A DNA stretch of 64,000 nucleotides. It comes from an uncultured Gammaproteobacteria bacterium. Lineage in GTDB: Bacteria; Patescibacteriota; Patescibacteriia; UBA9934; CAZDDW01. The stretch lies in the NCBI GenBank assembly GCA_965231015.1, contig OZ246408.1:620115-684114 (forward strand), in the 5' to 3' direction. The notes under the pieces were generated by a model that saw only the letters and a list, made by a program, of their open reading frames with translations, ran no database searches and was not told the origin of the DNA. The stretch's first letter is position 1. The number at the start of each line of letters is the position of its first letter. Shown here one piece after another: positions 1 to 8,804 of this stretch. The translations under genes and the position numbers were made by a program.

Positions 1-441
1 ATGATAAATCTGACCCATCCAAACCATATCACGCTTGGCCAAGTAATCGTTCACAGTCACCACGTGTACTCCTTTTCCGGTCAAACCATTCAAGTACACT
101 GGTGCGGTTGCGGTTAACGTCTTTCCTTCACCGGTTCTCATTTCTGCGATCCCGCCGCGGTGCAAAGCAATCCCTCCCATCATCTGCACGTCATAATGCC
201 GTTGTCCAAGCTGTCGCCAAGCGGTTTCACGCACCAAAGCAAAAGCCTCAGTCAAAATTTCATCCAAGTCTTTTCCACCTTCGGCCTCTTTACGAAGCTC
301 GTTACTTCGCGCCAAAATCTCGTTATCACTCAATTCCTTGATTTTTGGTTCTAAGGAATTAATCTCGGCTACTCGTTCTTCAAGTTCTGACAGCACCTTC
401 TTGTTAGGGTCTCCAAAGAGTTTTTCTATGATTTTTGCCAT
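1..441 (-). CDS. secA: Preprotein translocase SecA, N-terminal ~147 aa (gene continues beyond left window edge)
   Basis: Reverse-complement translation from ATG at 439-441 reads [21 protein letters not shown]...[52 protein letters not shown], the conserved SecA motor N-terminus. The + ORFs 102..341 and 160..354 are antisense artefacts. Confidence 0.85.
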   Translation of the reverse strand, partial: MAKIIEKLFGDPNKKVLSELEERVAEINSLEPKIKELSDNEILARSNELRKEAEGGKDLDEILTEAFALVRETAWRQLGQRHYDVQMMGGIALHRGGIAEMRTGEGKTLTATAPVYLNGLTGKGVHVVTVNDYLAKRDMVWMGQIYH

Positions 442-454
442 AAATTCAATATAA

Positions 455-490
455 AAGCCCCTTTAGATTACTCTAAAAGGACTTATTATT
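455..490 (-). terminator. Putative intrinsic terminator after hpf
   Basis: On the minus strand: imperfect stem CCUUUUAGA/UCUAAAGG with GUAA loop, then GGCUUUUAUAUU. It lies between the hpf stop and the secA start. Confidence 0.3.
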
Positions 491-498
491 CAAGGTTT

Positions 499-885
499 CT
501 ACATTTCATCATCACTCCGCATAAATGGGATCGTGTTGCGAAGCTTTTTCCACGCCTTTTCACCCTTGCGTTGTTTGGCACCGAGCTTTTCCTTTTTTCT
601 GTAAATTTGCCGACGTAAATCATCTTTGGCTAGATCAATAGCCGCATACAAATCTTCATGAACCGCTTCTGCGCGCAACATATCACCCGGAATCTCACAA
701 TTAAACTCACAACGAAAGTACGGTCCTTGTTTGTGCCGCCCAGATTCATCCGCCACTTCAACATCACACTTAACCGGTTCAAAGTTTTGGGTCAGCTTGG
801 TCAGTGACATGAGCTTTTCTTTAACATACGAGCGAATTGCCTCAGTCATTTCCATGTTAGTGGCCTGGATTTTTGTGATTTGCAT
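499..885 (-). CDS. hpf: Ribosome hibernation promoting factor (short HPF/RaiA type)
   Basis: 128 aa, MQITKIQATNMEMTEAIRSYVKEKL...LYAAIDLAKDDLRRQIYRKKEK. The YAAIDL...L.RQ..K.K signature matches the HPF/YfiA family, with a basic C-terminal tail. Confidence 0.8.
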   Translation of the reverse strand: MQITKIQATNMEMTEAIRSYVKEKLMSLTKLTQNFEPVKCDVEVADESGRHKQGPYFRCEFNCEIPGDMLRAEAVHEDLYAAIDLAKDDLRRQIYRKKEKLGAKQRKGEKAWKKLRNTIPFMRSDDEM

Positions 886-917
886 ATTTCGAGCGGTTAA
901 AAGTTAAAAGTATAAAG

Positions 918-1868
918 TTACAGGTATTGAATTTCTTCTTGAAGTTGAATTCCGTATTCGTCCCGCACTCGCATTTTTATTTTGCTAATCAGTTGAATGA
1001 TCTGGTCGGCCGTAGCTGTTCCGTCGTTAACAATGAAGTTCCCATGATCAGTTGAAACCGATGCTCCACCGATAGTTTCCCCTTTTAGCCCAGCCTCATC
1101 AATCAGCCATCCGGCGCTAATCAACTTGTTCTCGAGCATAGCCTCTGGCACCTGGTCAGACCGCTTCAAGATATCAATCTCGCTTTCGTCCGAATATTCA
1201 AAGTTCTTAAACGTACAACCGGCACAACTGGCACCAAGCGGTTGACTGGCTTTACGTTTCTCCAAAAACTCGTTCATTTTACTCTTAATCTCTTCTTCGG
1301 TTCCAGGTTCAAGAACCAGAGTTACGTCGAGTACAATATCATTGGTTCCCTTTAAGATCGAGTCTCGATATCCAAACTGAAGCTCTTGGTTCGTCAACTC
1401 TTGCACCTGACCATCTCTAATAATACGAACACGTTCCACCACATCTTTCATTTCCCCACCAAAACATCCCGCGTTACCGTAGACTGCCCCTCCGATTGTA
1501 CCCGGCACAGCCACAGCCCACTCAAACTCTGTCAGGTCCGCGTCAGCTGCGGCGCGTGCAACTGCTACGGTTAATGCCCCGGCTTCGGCAAAAATTTTAT
1601 TACCCTGAATCTCATAAGCCCGGTTGGCCATCTTGATCACCAACCCATCGTAGCCCGAGTCACTGGCAAGCATATTCGTACCCCCGCCAATAACAGCAAA
1701 GTCAATTTGTTCTTGTTGGCATAGTTCGACCGCTTTTGTAATCTCTGCTGCGGTTCTAGCCTCAACAAACCATTTGGCCGGCCCACCAACCCGAAAAGTA
1801 CTGTGGGCTGACAGTGGTTCGTTCGCTTTTAAGCGATCGCCAAAGATCTTTTTTAGTTTTTCTTCCAT
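918..1868 (-). CDS. murB: UDP-N-acetylenolpyruvoylglucosamine reductase
   Basis: 316 aa with an FAD-binding N-terminus (STFRVGGPAKWFVEA, AVIGGGTNML) and the MurB C-terminal domain. It sits next to murC. Confidence 0.85.
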   Translation of the reverse strand: MEEKLKKIFGDRLKANEPLSAHSTFRVGGPAKWFVEARTAAEITKAVELCQQEQIDFAVIGGGTNMLASDSGYDGLVIKMANRAYEIQGNKIFAEAGALTVAVARAAADADLTEFEWAVAVPGTIGGAVYGNAGCFGGEMKDVVERVRIIRDGQVQELTNQELQFGYRDSILKGTNDIVLDVTLVLEPGTEEEIKSKMNEFLEKRKASQPLGASCAGCTFKNFEYSDESEIDILKRSDQVPEAMLENKLISAGWLIDEAGLKGETIGGASVSTDHGNFIVNDGTATADQIIQLISKIKMRVRDEYGIQLQEEIQYL

Positions 1869-2150
1869 AATTTCAGTTTAGCAGGGTTTTTGCCATGTTG
1901 CCAGGTTTAAAAAACACCCACACCAAAAATCCCACGTAAGGCACCATTCCGGCGAACAGATCAGCCAGATCGACACACGATCCTTCTGAAAGCAAGCCCG
2001 ACCCGAGGACTCGAACTTCTTGATTCCGAACTCGGTCACAGTACCGGACTGATTGTAACCCCCCGGATTTTATGACGTAAAGTCACACTCTTTGCAGGTC
2101 TGTCATTAACATCCTCATTTTCTGACAGCAAGTGATCACAATTGAATAAT

Positions 2151-2179
2151 TTGATCCTGTCAAGTAAACACGCTAAAAT
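2151..2179 (+). promoter_or_regulatory. Sigma70-like promoter TTGATC-17-TAAAAT upstream of the 2297 gene
   Basis: TTGATC at 2151-2156, an exact 17-nt spacer, and TAAAAT at 2174-2179. A ~110-nt leader follows, ending in a GGAGGAGG SD site. Confidence 0.35.
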
Positions 2180-2296
2180 ATCTTTAGCTCTTTTATATCT
2201 CGTACAGTTACAGCATTGCAAAGATTGTTTGATTTGACTTCAACGGGTACAGACCAAGAATTCTCTCCATTGGGGTTTTTAGGAGGAGGTATTACT

Positions 2297-2581
2297 ATGA
2301 CAAAGAAAAAGAACGGCAAGTTTGGTCGTCACAGTACAGTAAGTAAAGAAGTAAAAAAGGTTGTCCGTAAATTGGTAAAGCTTGAGGGAGTTACCAAGCT
2401 CGAGCTAAACCGATTCCACCCGGTTCGTCACTCGCGAACCAACGGCGAAGTCGTGCTCAAGGAAGAGCACAGCAAAGGAATGAAACTCTTGGTTTACCAC
2501 TCGGACGGTATCCAAGAAATTTACCTGGTGTTTGAAGAGGAATCAAAAGACGACGTAACTGAGTACGTCGCCGCAATGTAA
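2297..2581 (+). CDS. Hypothetical small basic protein (94 aa) with strong Shine-Dalgarno
   Basis: ATG at 2297 preceded by AGGAGGAGG with a 7-nt spacer; the track ORF 2216..2581 starts upstream in the same frame. The protein is MTKKKNGKFGRHSTVSKEVKK... with no family recognised. GC is slightly above background. Confidence 0.45.
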   Translation: MTKKKNGKFGRHSTVSKEVKKVVRKLVKLEGVTKLELNRFHPVRHSRTNGEVVLKEEHSKGMKLLVYHSDGIQEIYLVFEEESKDDVTEYVAAM

Positions 2582-2643
2582 CTATCTAGTATTATAAATT
2601 AAGGTTGTAGTCTTAGATATATTACGTACGGGATTGAGCGTGC

Positions 2644-2681
2644 CCCTGGGATCTACCGGATTCCAGGGGTATTATAATTTT
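2644..2681 (+). terminator. Intrinsic terminator (GC hairpin plus T/A tract)
   Basis: CCCCTGG (2644-2650) pairs with CCAGGGG (2663-2669) around a 12-nt loop, followed by TATTATAATTTT. It overlaps the murC stop codon. Confidence 0.5.
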
Positions 2682-4033
2682 CTAGCCACTTCATCAATAT
2701 CCCCTGCCCCCATAATCAAAATTACATCGTTTGGCTTAGCAAGTTTACGAGTCATCTGCTCGGCCTGATCCAGATCTCGGGCATAACGAGCTTCGACTAT
2801 ACCGCGGTCGTTAATTGCCTCAACTAGTTTCCGGCTCGAAATCTCTTCCCGCTCCTCATCACGCCCGGCCACGTCATAAACTTCTGAAACGATCAGCTTA
2901 TCTGCCTTATCAAAACTTGGCACGAACTCGTCAAACAACTCAATCGTTCGTGCATGTTGGTGCGGTTGGAAACAAAGCAGGATTGATCGGTCGGAATAAA
3001 ACTCTTTGGCCGCCTTTAGAGTGTCGGAAATTGCTGTTGGATGGTGGCCGTAATCAGAGATAATTGGCGCGCCATCAAGCTCACCGACGAGCTCAAACCG
3101 TCGCCAAATTCCACCAAAAATTTTCAAGGTCTTTACAATTGTCTCGAACTTGACGCCGATCTTCAGAGCTGCCGTGATTGCGGCCAAAGCATTTTCAACA
3201 TTAAACTCACCAGGCATCACGAACTCGACCATGCCAAGCTCCTCGTGAGCGTGCGTCAAATCAAAACTTTGTCGACCAGATTCAACTACTCGATTCGAGC
3301 CAGCCACATGAGCCTCAACCTCAAATCCGTATGACAGAATCCTGTTTCCCGTCAGCTTCATGGACTCTATATCATTGGCGTTGCGGATTAACAGACCCTC
3401 CTCTGGAGGAAGTTTATCCACCAATTGCTGGAAGGTATTTCGGATATGATCTAAATCTTTATAAAAATCTAAATGATCTTCTTCGATATTGGTCAACACA
3501 ATGATGTCCGGATTCAGGTGCAACATATTAGCTTGGTACTCACATCCCTCTACAAGCAAGAGATCACTGGAGCCAACTTGTAAATTTTTGTACTCAAACC
3601 CCGGAACTCGTGTTCCCACAAAGATAGTTGGATCTAATCCAGCCGCAATTAGAATCTTTCCAAGCATAGCGGTAGTGGTTGATTTTCCATTGGTTCCGGT
3701 TACCACGATGGTGGTGTAATTTTTGGAAAGCTCTCCCAAAAATTCAAAATAACTTAGTTGTCGTACCCCGAGTTCTTTGGCCCGGGCTCGTTCTGGGTCA
3801 TCCTCAGGCACAGCTGAAGAAAAAATAACCAAGTCTGTTTCTTTGGAAATCAACTCTGGAGCATGACCAATCTTTAATACGGCCCCAGTCGCTGCGAACT
3901 CGTCTGTCAATTCCGTGGCCTTAATATCAGTTCCTGTCACCTGATTACCTTTTAAAACCAAAAACTTACCGGTCGCAGAAAGACCAACGCCACCAGCTCC
4001 AATAATATGTATTTTTTGAATCTTATCCATCAT
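2672..4033 (-). CDS. murC: UDP-N-acetylmuramate--L-alanine ligase
   Basis: 453 aa with an N-terminal Rossmann GAGGVGLS motif, the Mur ligase P-loop GTNGKSTTTAML, and DYGHHPT in the C-terminal domain. Confidence 0.9.
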   Translation of the reverse strand: MMDKIQKIHIIGAGGVGLSATGKFLVLKGNQVTGTDIKATELTDEFAATGAVLKIGHAPELISKETDLVIFSSAVPEDDPERARAKELGVRQLSYFEFLGELSKNYTTIVVTGTNGKSTTTAMLGKILIAAGLDPTIFVGTRVPGFEYKNLQVGSSDLLLVEGCEYQANMLHLNPDIIVLTNIEEDHLDFYKDLDHIRNTFQQLVDKLPPEEGLLIRNANDIESMKLTGNRILSYGFEVEAHVAGSNRVVESGRQSFDLTHAHEELGMVEFVMPGEFNVENALAAITAALKIGVKFETIVKTLKIFGGIWRRFELVGELDGAPIISDYGHHPTAISDTLKAAKEFYSDRSILLCFQPHQHARTIELFDEFVPSFDKADKLIVSEVYDVAGRDEEREEISSRKLVEAINDRGIVEARYARDLDQAEQMTRKLAKPNDVILIMGAGDIDEVARKL

Positions 4034-4056
4034 GTGCGTATAGATTAACGAATTTT

Positions 4057-4103
4057 ATTTAAAAAGAAAAGGCCGGACCCCTGTAGAATCCGCGCCGCAC
4101 AGG
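4057..4103 (-). terminator. Possible terminator of GC-rich cassette A
   Basis: After the stop at 4108-4110 the minus strand forms CCUGU...ACAGG (plus 4079-4103), then GGUCCGGCC and UUUUCUUUUU (plus A-tract 4061-4070). Confidence 0.35.
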
Positions 4104-4107
4104 TTCA

Positions 4108-5112
4108 CTAGACCTGTTGTCGAACGTGTTGAATCGAGTGGTCGTTAATCAGGTTGTAAGTCAAACGACCGTCCGGAGCCAGACGCAAGTTCCAGATCCG
4201 ATCACCCTGATCTAACTGCTGGTATTTTTCGCCAGAACAGACCAGAATCGACTGTCCATTGACCTTCTGAACGTAATACACACAGTGATTGTGGAAGACC
4301 GCACTCGTCCACTCATCATCCGAGCCGTCGAGCGCTACCGCCGCATCTTCGCTCACAAACCATTCCTGCGTTTCGATACAGAAATTGTCGTTTTCGAAGT
4401 GTTCGATGAAACGAATGGCCGGTTGATTGTCGACCCAGTGAACACGGAACTGCTCGAAACGAGCCAGCACCATCCGCTCGACCGAGCAACCGGGCAAGTA
4501 AAAGGGTGGTTTGCCATTCTGTGGACCAGGCCTGATCACTACTGCTTCCTTGAGCGTTGGAACTGTCGTCTTCCTTGTACACGGTTGTTTGGGCACATAC
4601 ACCAGAATGATACAGGAACCATCCGGAGATGCCGCAGCCAAACGAACGTAGCCGGGAATTGAACCGAGTTCAGCAAACTGCCACCCGTCCGTTGGTGTGA
4701 GACAGATTGGCATCTCCTCGCCGGCCAGTTGCAGGTTGTAAAGAGTAGTCACCTGACGACCATGGTTTGGCTCCACAGTGTCTTCGTACTTGTTGATCAG
4801 ACGACCATCCGGATCCAAGATGAAGACGTAGCGCCGTGGTGCAGTGAATTCAGGCGGATCGTATACTCCGCTGACCATCACTCGATCACGACTGACTGAT
4901 AAAACCTCATAATCACCGTGAAAATGATCCGGCAGATCCACCCAACCACTAGTTGTGGCAGTGTGGTAAAGCCGGTTGGTTCGCCTTGTGACCTTTACCA
5001 CGGCCGCATGCTCGCCGGAAAGTGAGGCTCCTATAAGTCCGTTCTCGTGAAGGTCTCCAGGATCGGAATTACTCGGAAGATCAACAATATTCTTTAAAGA
5101 TCTTGTCGACAT
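4108..5112 (-). CDS. Hypothetical protein (~334 aa) encoded by GC-rich cassette A; no recognisable family
   Basis: The region is visibly GC-richer (~52%) than its flanks. Start is placed at the ATG (MSTRSLKNIVDL...) preceded by GGGGAAG plus 4 nt. The longer track ORF, from 5178, begins upstream of the predicted promoter. The protein has DPDGRL/APDGRL repeat motifs. Confidence 0.5.
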   Translation of the reverse strand: MSTRSLKNIVDLPSNSDPGDLHENGLIGASLSGEHAAVVKVTRRTNRLYHTATTSGWVDLPDHFHGDYEVLSVSRDRVMVSGVYDPPEFTAPRRYVFILDPDGRLINKYEDTVEPNHGRQVTTLYNLQLAGEEMPICLTPTDGWQFAELGSIPGYVRLAAASPDGSCIILVYVPKQPCTRKTTVPTLKEAVVIRPGPQNGKPPFYLPGCSVERMVLARFEQFRVHWVDNQPAIRFIEHFENDNFCIETQEWFVSEDAAVALDGSDDEWTSAVFHNHCVYYVQKVNGQSILVCSGEKYQQLDQGDRIWNLRLAPDGRLTYNLINDHSIQHVRQQV

Positions 5113-5156
5113 CGTTCTTCCCCGTGGTTCCCCCCGCGGGTTAACGTCGAAATAGC

Positions 5157-5185
5157 ACCTTAAACGAAAAATACGCATCTGTCAA
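5157..5185 (-). promoter_or_regulatory. Sigma70-like promoter TTGACA-17-TAAGGT driving cassette A
   Basis: On the minus strand, TTGACA is the reverse complement of 5180-5185, the spacer is exactly 17 nt, and TAAGGT is the reverse complement of 5157-5162. The ATG lies ~45 nt downstream. Confidence 0.35.
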
Positions 5186-5242
5186 GATAACTTAAAAGCT
5201 CGTGTTTGCTGATCCCTCGATTACTGGTAAAATAGCCCTACT

Positions 5243-6487
5243 ATGAAAACAATACGTCAATTTGATTCAAAGATAGCCGATTCCCTTGAAAGAGAGCTTA
5301 ATCGACAACGTGAAGGATTGGAGATGATTCCTTCAGAAAATTTTGTTTCCGAGGCCGTTCTTGAAGCCCTTGGGTCTGTTGCTACGAATAAGTACGCCGA
5401 GGGTCTGCCCAAAAAACGTTACTACGGAGGGTGTGAATTCATCGATGAAATTGAAAACCTGGCTCGCCAGCGAGCTAAAAAACTCTTTCAAGCAGAACGA
5501 GTAAATGTGCAACCACTTTCCGGAGCACCGGCCAACGTGGCGGCTTACTCGGCTCTTATGAATCCGGGTGACACTATTTTAGGAATGGATCTGGCTCACG
5601 GTGGGCACCTGACGCATGGCTCACCAACCACCTTCATGTCCAACATCTATCACTTTGTTCGATACACCACAACCAAGACGGGTGAAATTGATTATGACGA
5701 TATTGAGGCCAAGGCTCGTGAACATAAACCAAGGGTTATTCTGGTCGGTTATTCAGCATATTCAAGAGAAATTGATTACGAGCGAATTAAAAAACTGGCG
5801 GATGAAGTCGGTGCCTACACCATGGCTGACATGGCTCACATTGCCGGGCTAATTGCGGCTGGCGAAATGAGCAATCCGGTGCCGATTTTCGACGTGGTGA
5901 CCACAACTACTCATAAAACCTTACGAGGACCACGTGGTGGGATGATTATGTGCAAGGATGAACATTTTACTGCCATCAACAAGGCTGTATTCCCTGGACT
6001 ACAAGGCGGACCACACGAAAACAATATTGCTGCCAAGGCCATTGCGTTTAAAGAAGCTATGGAACCCGCATTCAAAGATTATGCACACCAGATCAAAGCC
6101 AATGCCAAGGTTTTAGAAACTGAGTTCAAGGCTCGAGATTATAAGTTGTGTTTTGGTGGGACTGACAACCATCTCTTGCTGATCGATGTCACACCAAAAA
6201 ACGTCACCGGACAGATCGCTGAAAGTGCACTCGATAAAGCCGGCATCACCGTTAACAAAAACATGATCCCTAATGACGAACGAGCCCCAATGGATCCTTC
6301 CGGCATCAGACTGGGAACTCCAGCGCTCACCACTCGCGGCATGAAAGAAGACGAAATGAAACAGATTGCCGGTTGGATTGATGAGGCCATTACCAATCAC
6401 GACAAAGAAACAAAACTCGCGGAGATTCGCGAGGCAGTAAAACAATTAACTAGCCAGTTCCCACTTTATCCGGAACTGAAATATTAA
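5243..6487 (+). CDS. glyA: Serine hydroxymethyltransferase
   Basis: 414 aa, MKTIRQFDSKIADSLERELNRQREGLEMIPSENF...TTTTHKTLRGPRGGMI, containing the PLP-lysine motif. This is textbook SHMT. Confidence 0.95.
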   Translation: MKTIRQFDSKIADSLERELNRQREGLEMIPSENFVSEAVLEALGSVATNKYAEGLPKKRYYGGCEFIDEIENLARQRAKKLFQAERVNVQPLSGAPANVAAYSALMNPGDTILGMDLAHGGHLTHGSPTTFMSNIYHFVRYTTTKTGEIDYDDIEAKAREHKPRVILVGYSAYSREIDYERIKKLADEVGAYTMADMAHIAGLIAAGEMSNPVPIFDVVTTTTHKTLRGPRGGMIMCKDEHFTAINKAVFPGLQGGPHENNIAAKAIAFKEAMEPAFKDYAHQIKANAKVLETEFKARDYKLCFGGTDNHLLLIDVTPKNVTGQIAESALDKAGITVNKNMIPNDERAPMDPSGIRLGTPALTTRGMKEDEMKQIAGWIDEAITNHDKETKLAEIREAVKQLTSQFPLYPELKY

Positions 6488-6491
6488 AAAT

Positions 6492-6950
6492 ATGAAAAAG
6501 CTTTTGATTATCCCCCTTGCATTTGTGTTATTGATGGGAGCCGGATGCAACCAGCCACCCGTCGAGACCACAAATGAACTTGAGTCTGAAACCATATCTG
6601 AGACTGAAACCGCAGTACCCGACTACGTTGGTACATGGTTTAGAGAACAAATCATTGTTGACGGGGTTCCTGAAGTCGGTCCGGTTGATGCTAATCTTGT
6701 ATTCGAAGAAGACGGTAAGGGGTCGTTTCATTCAGAAACTGATCTCTGTTATGTAGACGGAACTGTCGAAGTTACCGGAAATTCAGTTCACATGTTAACT
6801 GATGAGTCTGACTGTCCAGCTGAAGCGGTTGCCATGACGTCTGACATTACATATGAATATGAGGTTAGTGAGGACGGGCAAACCTACACCCACACGACGG
6901 TATTTTCAGGAGTGACTATCACAGAGGTTTACTCACGAGTGTCTGAATAA
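6492..6950 (+). CDS. Hypothetical lipoprotein (152 aa)
   Basis: Signal peptide with lipobox: MKKLLIIPLAFVLLMGAGC. The acidic mature part has no recognisable family. The start is 4 nt after the glyA stop. Confidence 0.6.
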   Translation: MKKLLIIPLAFVLLMGAGCNQPPVETTNELESETISETETAVPDYVGTWFREQIIVDGVPEVGPVDANLVFEEDGKGSFHSETDLCYVDGTVEVTGNSVHMLTDESDCPAEAVAMTSDITYEYEVSEDGQTYTHTTVFSGVTITEVYSRVSE

Positions 6951-6962
6951 AAGACAATAAAA

Positions 6963-6993
6963 ACCACCCGGTAAATTCCGGGTGGTTTTTTTA
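6963..6993. terminator. Bidirectional intrinsic terminator between convergent genes
   Basis: Perfect hairpin ACCACCCGG-TAAATT-CCGGGTGGT followed by TTTTTTT, lying between the 6950 stop (+) and the 7000 stop (-). Confidence 0.65.
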
Positions 6994-6999
6994 ATTTAC

Positions 7000-8691
7000 T
7001 TATTTCTTTTGTTGAACTGGTTTGGCTGGTTTTTCTCCATTCTTGGGTCTATCATCATAGTGTTTAACTCTTCGTAAAACCAGCCAACGCAACAGAATAA
7101 TGATCAAGGCCGCGATAATTCCCCAACAGTAGTTCACAAGAATTGCAATGACTACCGGAATTAAGAAGGCCAACACCGGAAGCATGTAATACACCACCAT
7201 TCGCTTTTCATTCAAACGTTTCTTTTCGTTATAAATCCGTCGTCGGAACCATGAAACGGTTGATAGAATGACCCCAACAATCAAAATCCATAACAACCAA
7301 GGGCAAATCCAGGAACACACGCCTGGTAAAAACATGCAGGCACAACATGTTCCACTGGTGGCCGCGGCTGATTTATCATCGTCATCAACTGGAGCAGTAA
7401 CACTGGAACAACCCCCACAGTCATCCGGACAGTTTACACAAGTCTCATCCGGCTGACACACATCATCACCACACGTATCCGCACACTCACCACAATCTGC
7501 GGAGCAACTCTCACAATTTTCCCCACATTCTAAACGACATTCTCCGTCACCACAATACTTATCGCGGCACGGGTCACATTCACCACAATCATCCGGACAA
7601 TTTTCGCACCCCTCTCCACACTGACTATCACAAACCCCGTCTCCGCAATCACTATCACACTGATCCGGATCTAAGCATTCCCCACAATCACCCGGACAAT
7701 TTTCACACCCTTCGTCACATTCAGGTACACACATTCCATCACCGCAGGTTGAATCGTCACACGGACTTGGCTCATAACACTCACCACAGTCATCAGGACA
7801 CGTGTCACAAAATTCGTCGCACTCTTCCTGACACACTCCATCACCACAATCTACTTCAGCACACGGATCCTCTTCACACTCTCCACAGTCCCATGGACAA
7901 TTGTAGCAGGTCTCGTCACACTCCGGCTGGCAAACACCGTCACCGCAGTCTACAAAATCACACTCACCATGTGGCTCATCACCCGGACACTCACCACAAT
8001 CACCCGGACAGTTTTCACAGGTCTCGTCACACTCCGGCTGGCAAACACCGTCACCGCAGTCTACAAAATCACACTCACCGTGCGGCTCACCACCAGGGTC
8101 ATTAGTGGTTTCCTGACAATTGGCTCGAACTTCGGCTTCAGTTTGGTAAACACTGATTGCTAAACCGGTTCCGGGCACACACATAGGTTCTGAAACATAA
8201 TCTATTCCATACCAGCCAGTTGACGGATCATGATAACAACACCAAACCGGCCCCCCGGTTTGATCCCCCGGACACTCACCACAATCATCCGGACAAGAAT
8301 CACACGCCTCATCACATTCCTCATCACAAACCCCGTCTCCGCAGGTTACTTCACCACATGGGTCATCACCGGGACACTCTCCACAATCTTCCGGACACCA
8401 GGTGCATTCTTCGTCACACTCGATGTCACATACACCATCACCACACACAACCCCGTCACAAGGACCGGGTTCCTCCTCCTCGTGTTGGCAACATTCAGGA
8501 AAAGCAATACAACACTCATCCTGACAAGCCGTGTCTCCCTCACAACCAATATAACAATCATCAAAATATGGTTGTGACTCTCCACACTCGGAATACCCAT
8601 TCATGGCCTCAGCCGGAGCTACACCCGGCAAAAATAAAAACAGGCCAAGAATCAGTCCTGCTAATGCAGATAACCTAAAATACTTTGGCAT
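7000..8691 (-). CDS. Cysteine-rich tandem-repeat membrane protein (563 aa)
   Basis: Signal peptide MPKYFRLSALAGLILGLFLFLPGVAPAEA. At least 13 repeats follow, of the form CGDGVCxxECDExCxxCPxDCGEC with 6 Cys in ~27-37 aa. A poly-D linker and 2-3 C-terminal TM helices with a basic tail complete the protein. Confidence 0.7.
   Translation of the reverse strand: MPKYFRLSALAGLILGLFLFLPGVAPAEAMNGYSECGESQPYFDDCYIGCEGDTACQDECCIAFPECCQHEEEEPGPCDGVVCGDGVCDIECDEECTWCPEDCGECPGDDPCGEVTCGDGVCDEECDEACDSCPDDCGECPGDQTGGPVWCCYHDPSTGWYGIDYVSEPMCVPGTGLAISVYQTEAEVRANCQETTNDPGGEPHGECDFVDCGDGVCQPECDETCENCPGDCGECPGDEPHGECDFVDCGDGVCQPECDETCYNCPWDCGECEEDPCAEVDCGDGVCQEECDEFCDTCPDDCGECYEPSPCDDSTCGDGMCVPECDEGCENCPGDCGECLDPDQCDSDCGDGVCDSQCGEGCENCPDDCGECDPCRDKYCGDGECRLECGENCESCSADCGECADTCGDDVCQPDETCVNCPDDCGGCSSVTAPVDDDDKSAAATSGTCCACMFLPGVCSWICPWLLWILIVGVILSTVSWFRRRIYNEKKRLNEKRMVVYYMLPVLAFLIPVVIAILVNYCWGIIAALIIILLRWLVLRRVKHYDDRPKNGEKPAKPVQQKK
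7909..8079 (-). repeat. Near-perfect 111-bp tandem duplication inside the Cys-rich gene
   Basis: A 60-bp core GGTCTCGTCACACTCCGGCTGGCAAACACCGTCACCGCAGTCTACAAAATCACACTCACC occurs at 7909-7968 and again at 8020-8079, a 111-bp period (37 aa). The protein shows the duplicated unit CGECPGDEPHGECDFVDCGDGVCQPECDETC. Confidence 0.7.
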
Positions 8692-8769
8692 AAGCCTTTT
8701 TATTATTTAATTTTAGAAATTATTATGTATATTTTACAGGAAAAAGTCATGTTTTTCAACTAAAACTGT

Positions 8770-8803
8770 TGATAAAAATGACTGCTGAGGAGCCCCTCAA
8801 CAG
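8770..8803 (-). terminator. Putative terminator after small GC-rich gene
   Basis: Minus strand: the hairpin GCTGTTGAGG/CCTCAGCAG has one mismatch and a 4-nt loop, then UCAUUUUUAUC. It follows the stop at 8805-8807. Confidence 0.4.
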
Positions 8804-8804
8804 C

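Noticed and set aside
102-354. Plus-strand ORFs 102..341 and 160..354
   Set aside because: They lie antisense to a clearly recognisable secA N-terminus on the minus strand, and the peptides are low-complexity with no start signals.
1386-1574. Plus-strand ORF inside murB
   Set aside because: It is antisense to the conserved MurB coding frame. The same reasoning applies to 2815..3063, 3041..3334 and 3489..3719 inside murC, and to the many short antisense ORFs inside the giant gene and the kinases.
1985-2065. tRNA-like GTTCGAGTC (T-loop-like) motif on the minus strand
   Set aside because: I could not build an acceptor stem, a D-arm or a 5-bp T-stem around it. It is kept only as part of a possible ncRNA.
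4285-4662. Overlapping ORFs 4285..4662(+) and 4316..4582(-) inside cassette A
   Set aside because: High GC suppresses stop codons in all frames. The 334-aa minus-strand frame has the promoter, the SD-like site and the terminator, so the others are treated as artefacts.
5113-5178. Longer start (MRIFRLRCYFDVNPRGEPRGRT...) for the cassette A protein
   Set aside because: These codons lie upstream of the predicted TTGACA-17-TAAGGT promoter and translate the promoter region. The internal ATG with the GGGGAAG site is preferred.
7000-8691. Possible CRISPR-like repeat array
   Set aside because: The repeats are in-frame, Cys-codon-rich and of variable length (81-111 bp) with no unique spacers. This is a coding tandem-repeat protein, not a CRISPR array.
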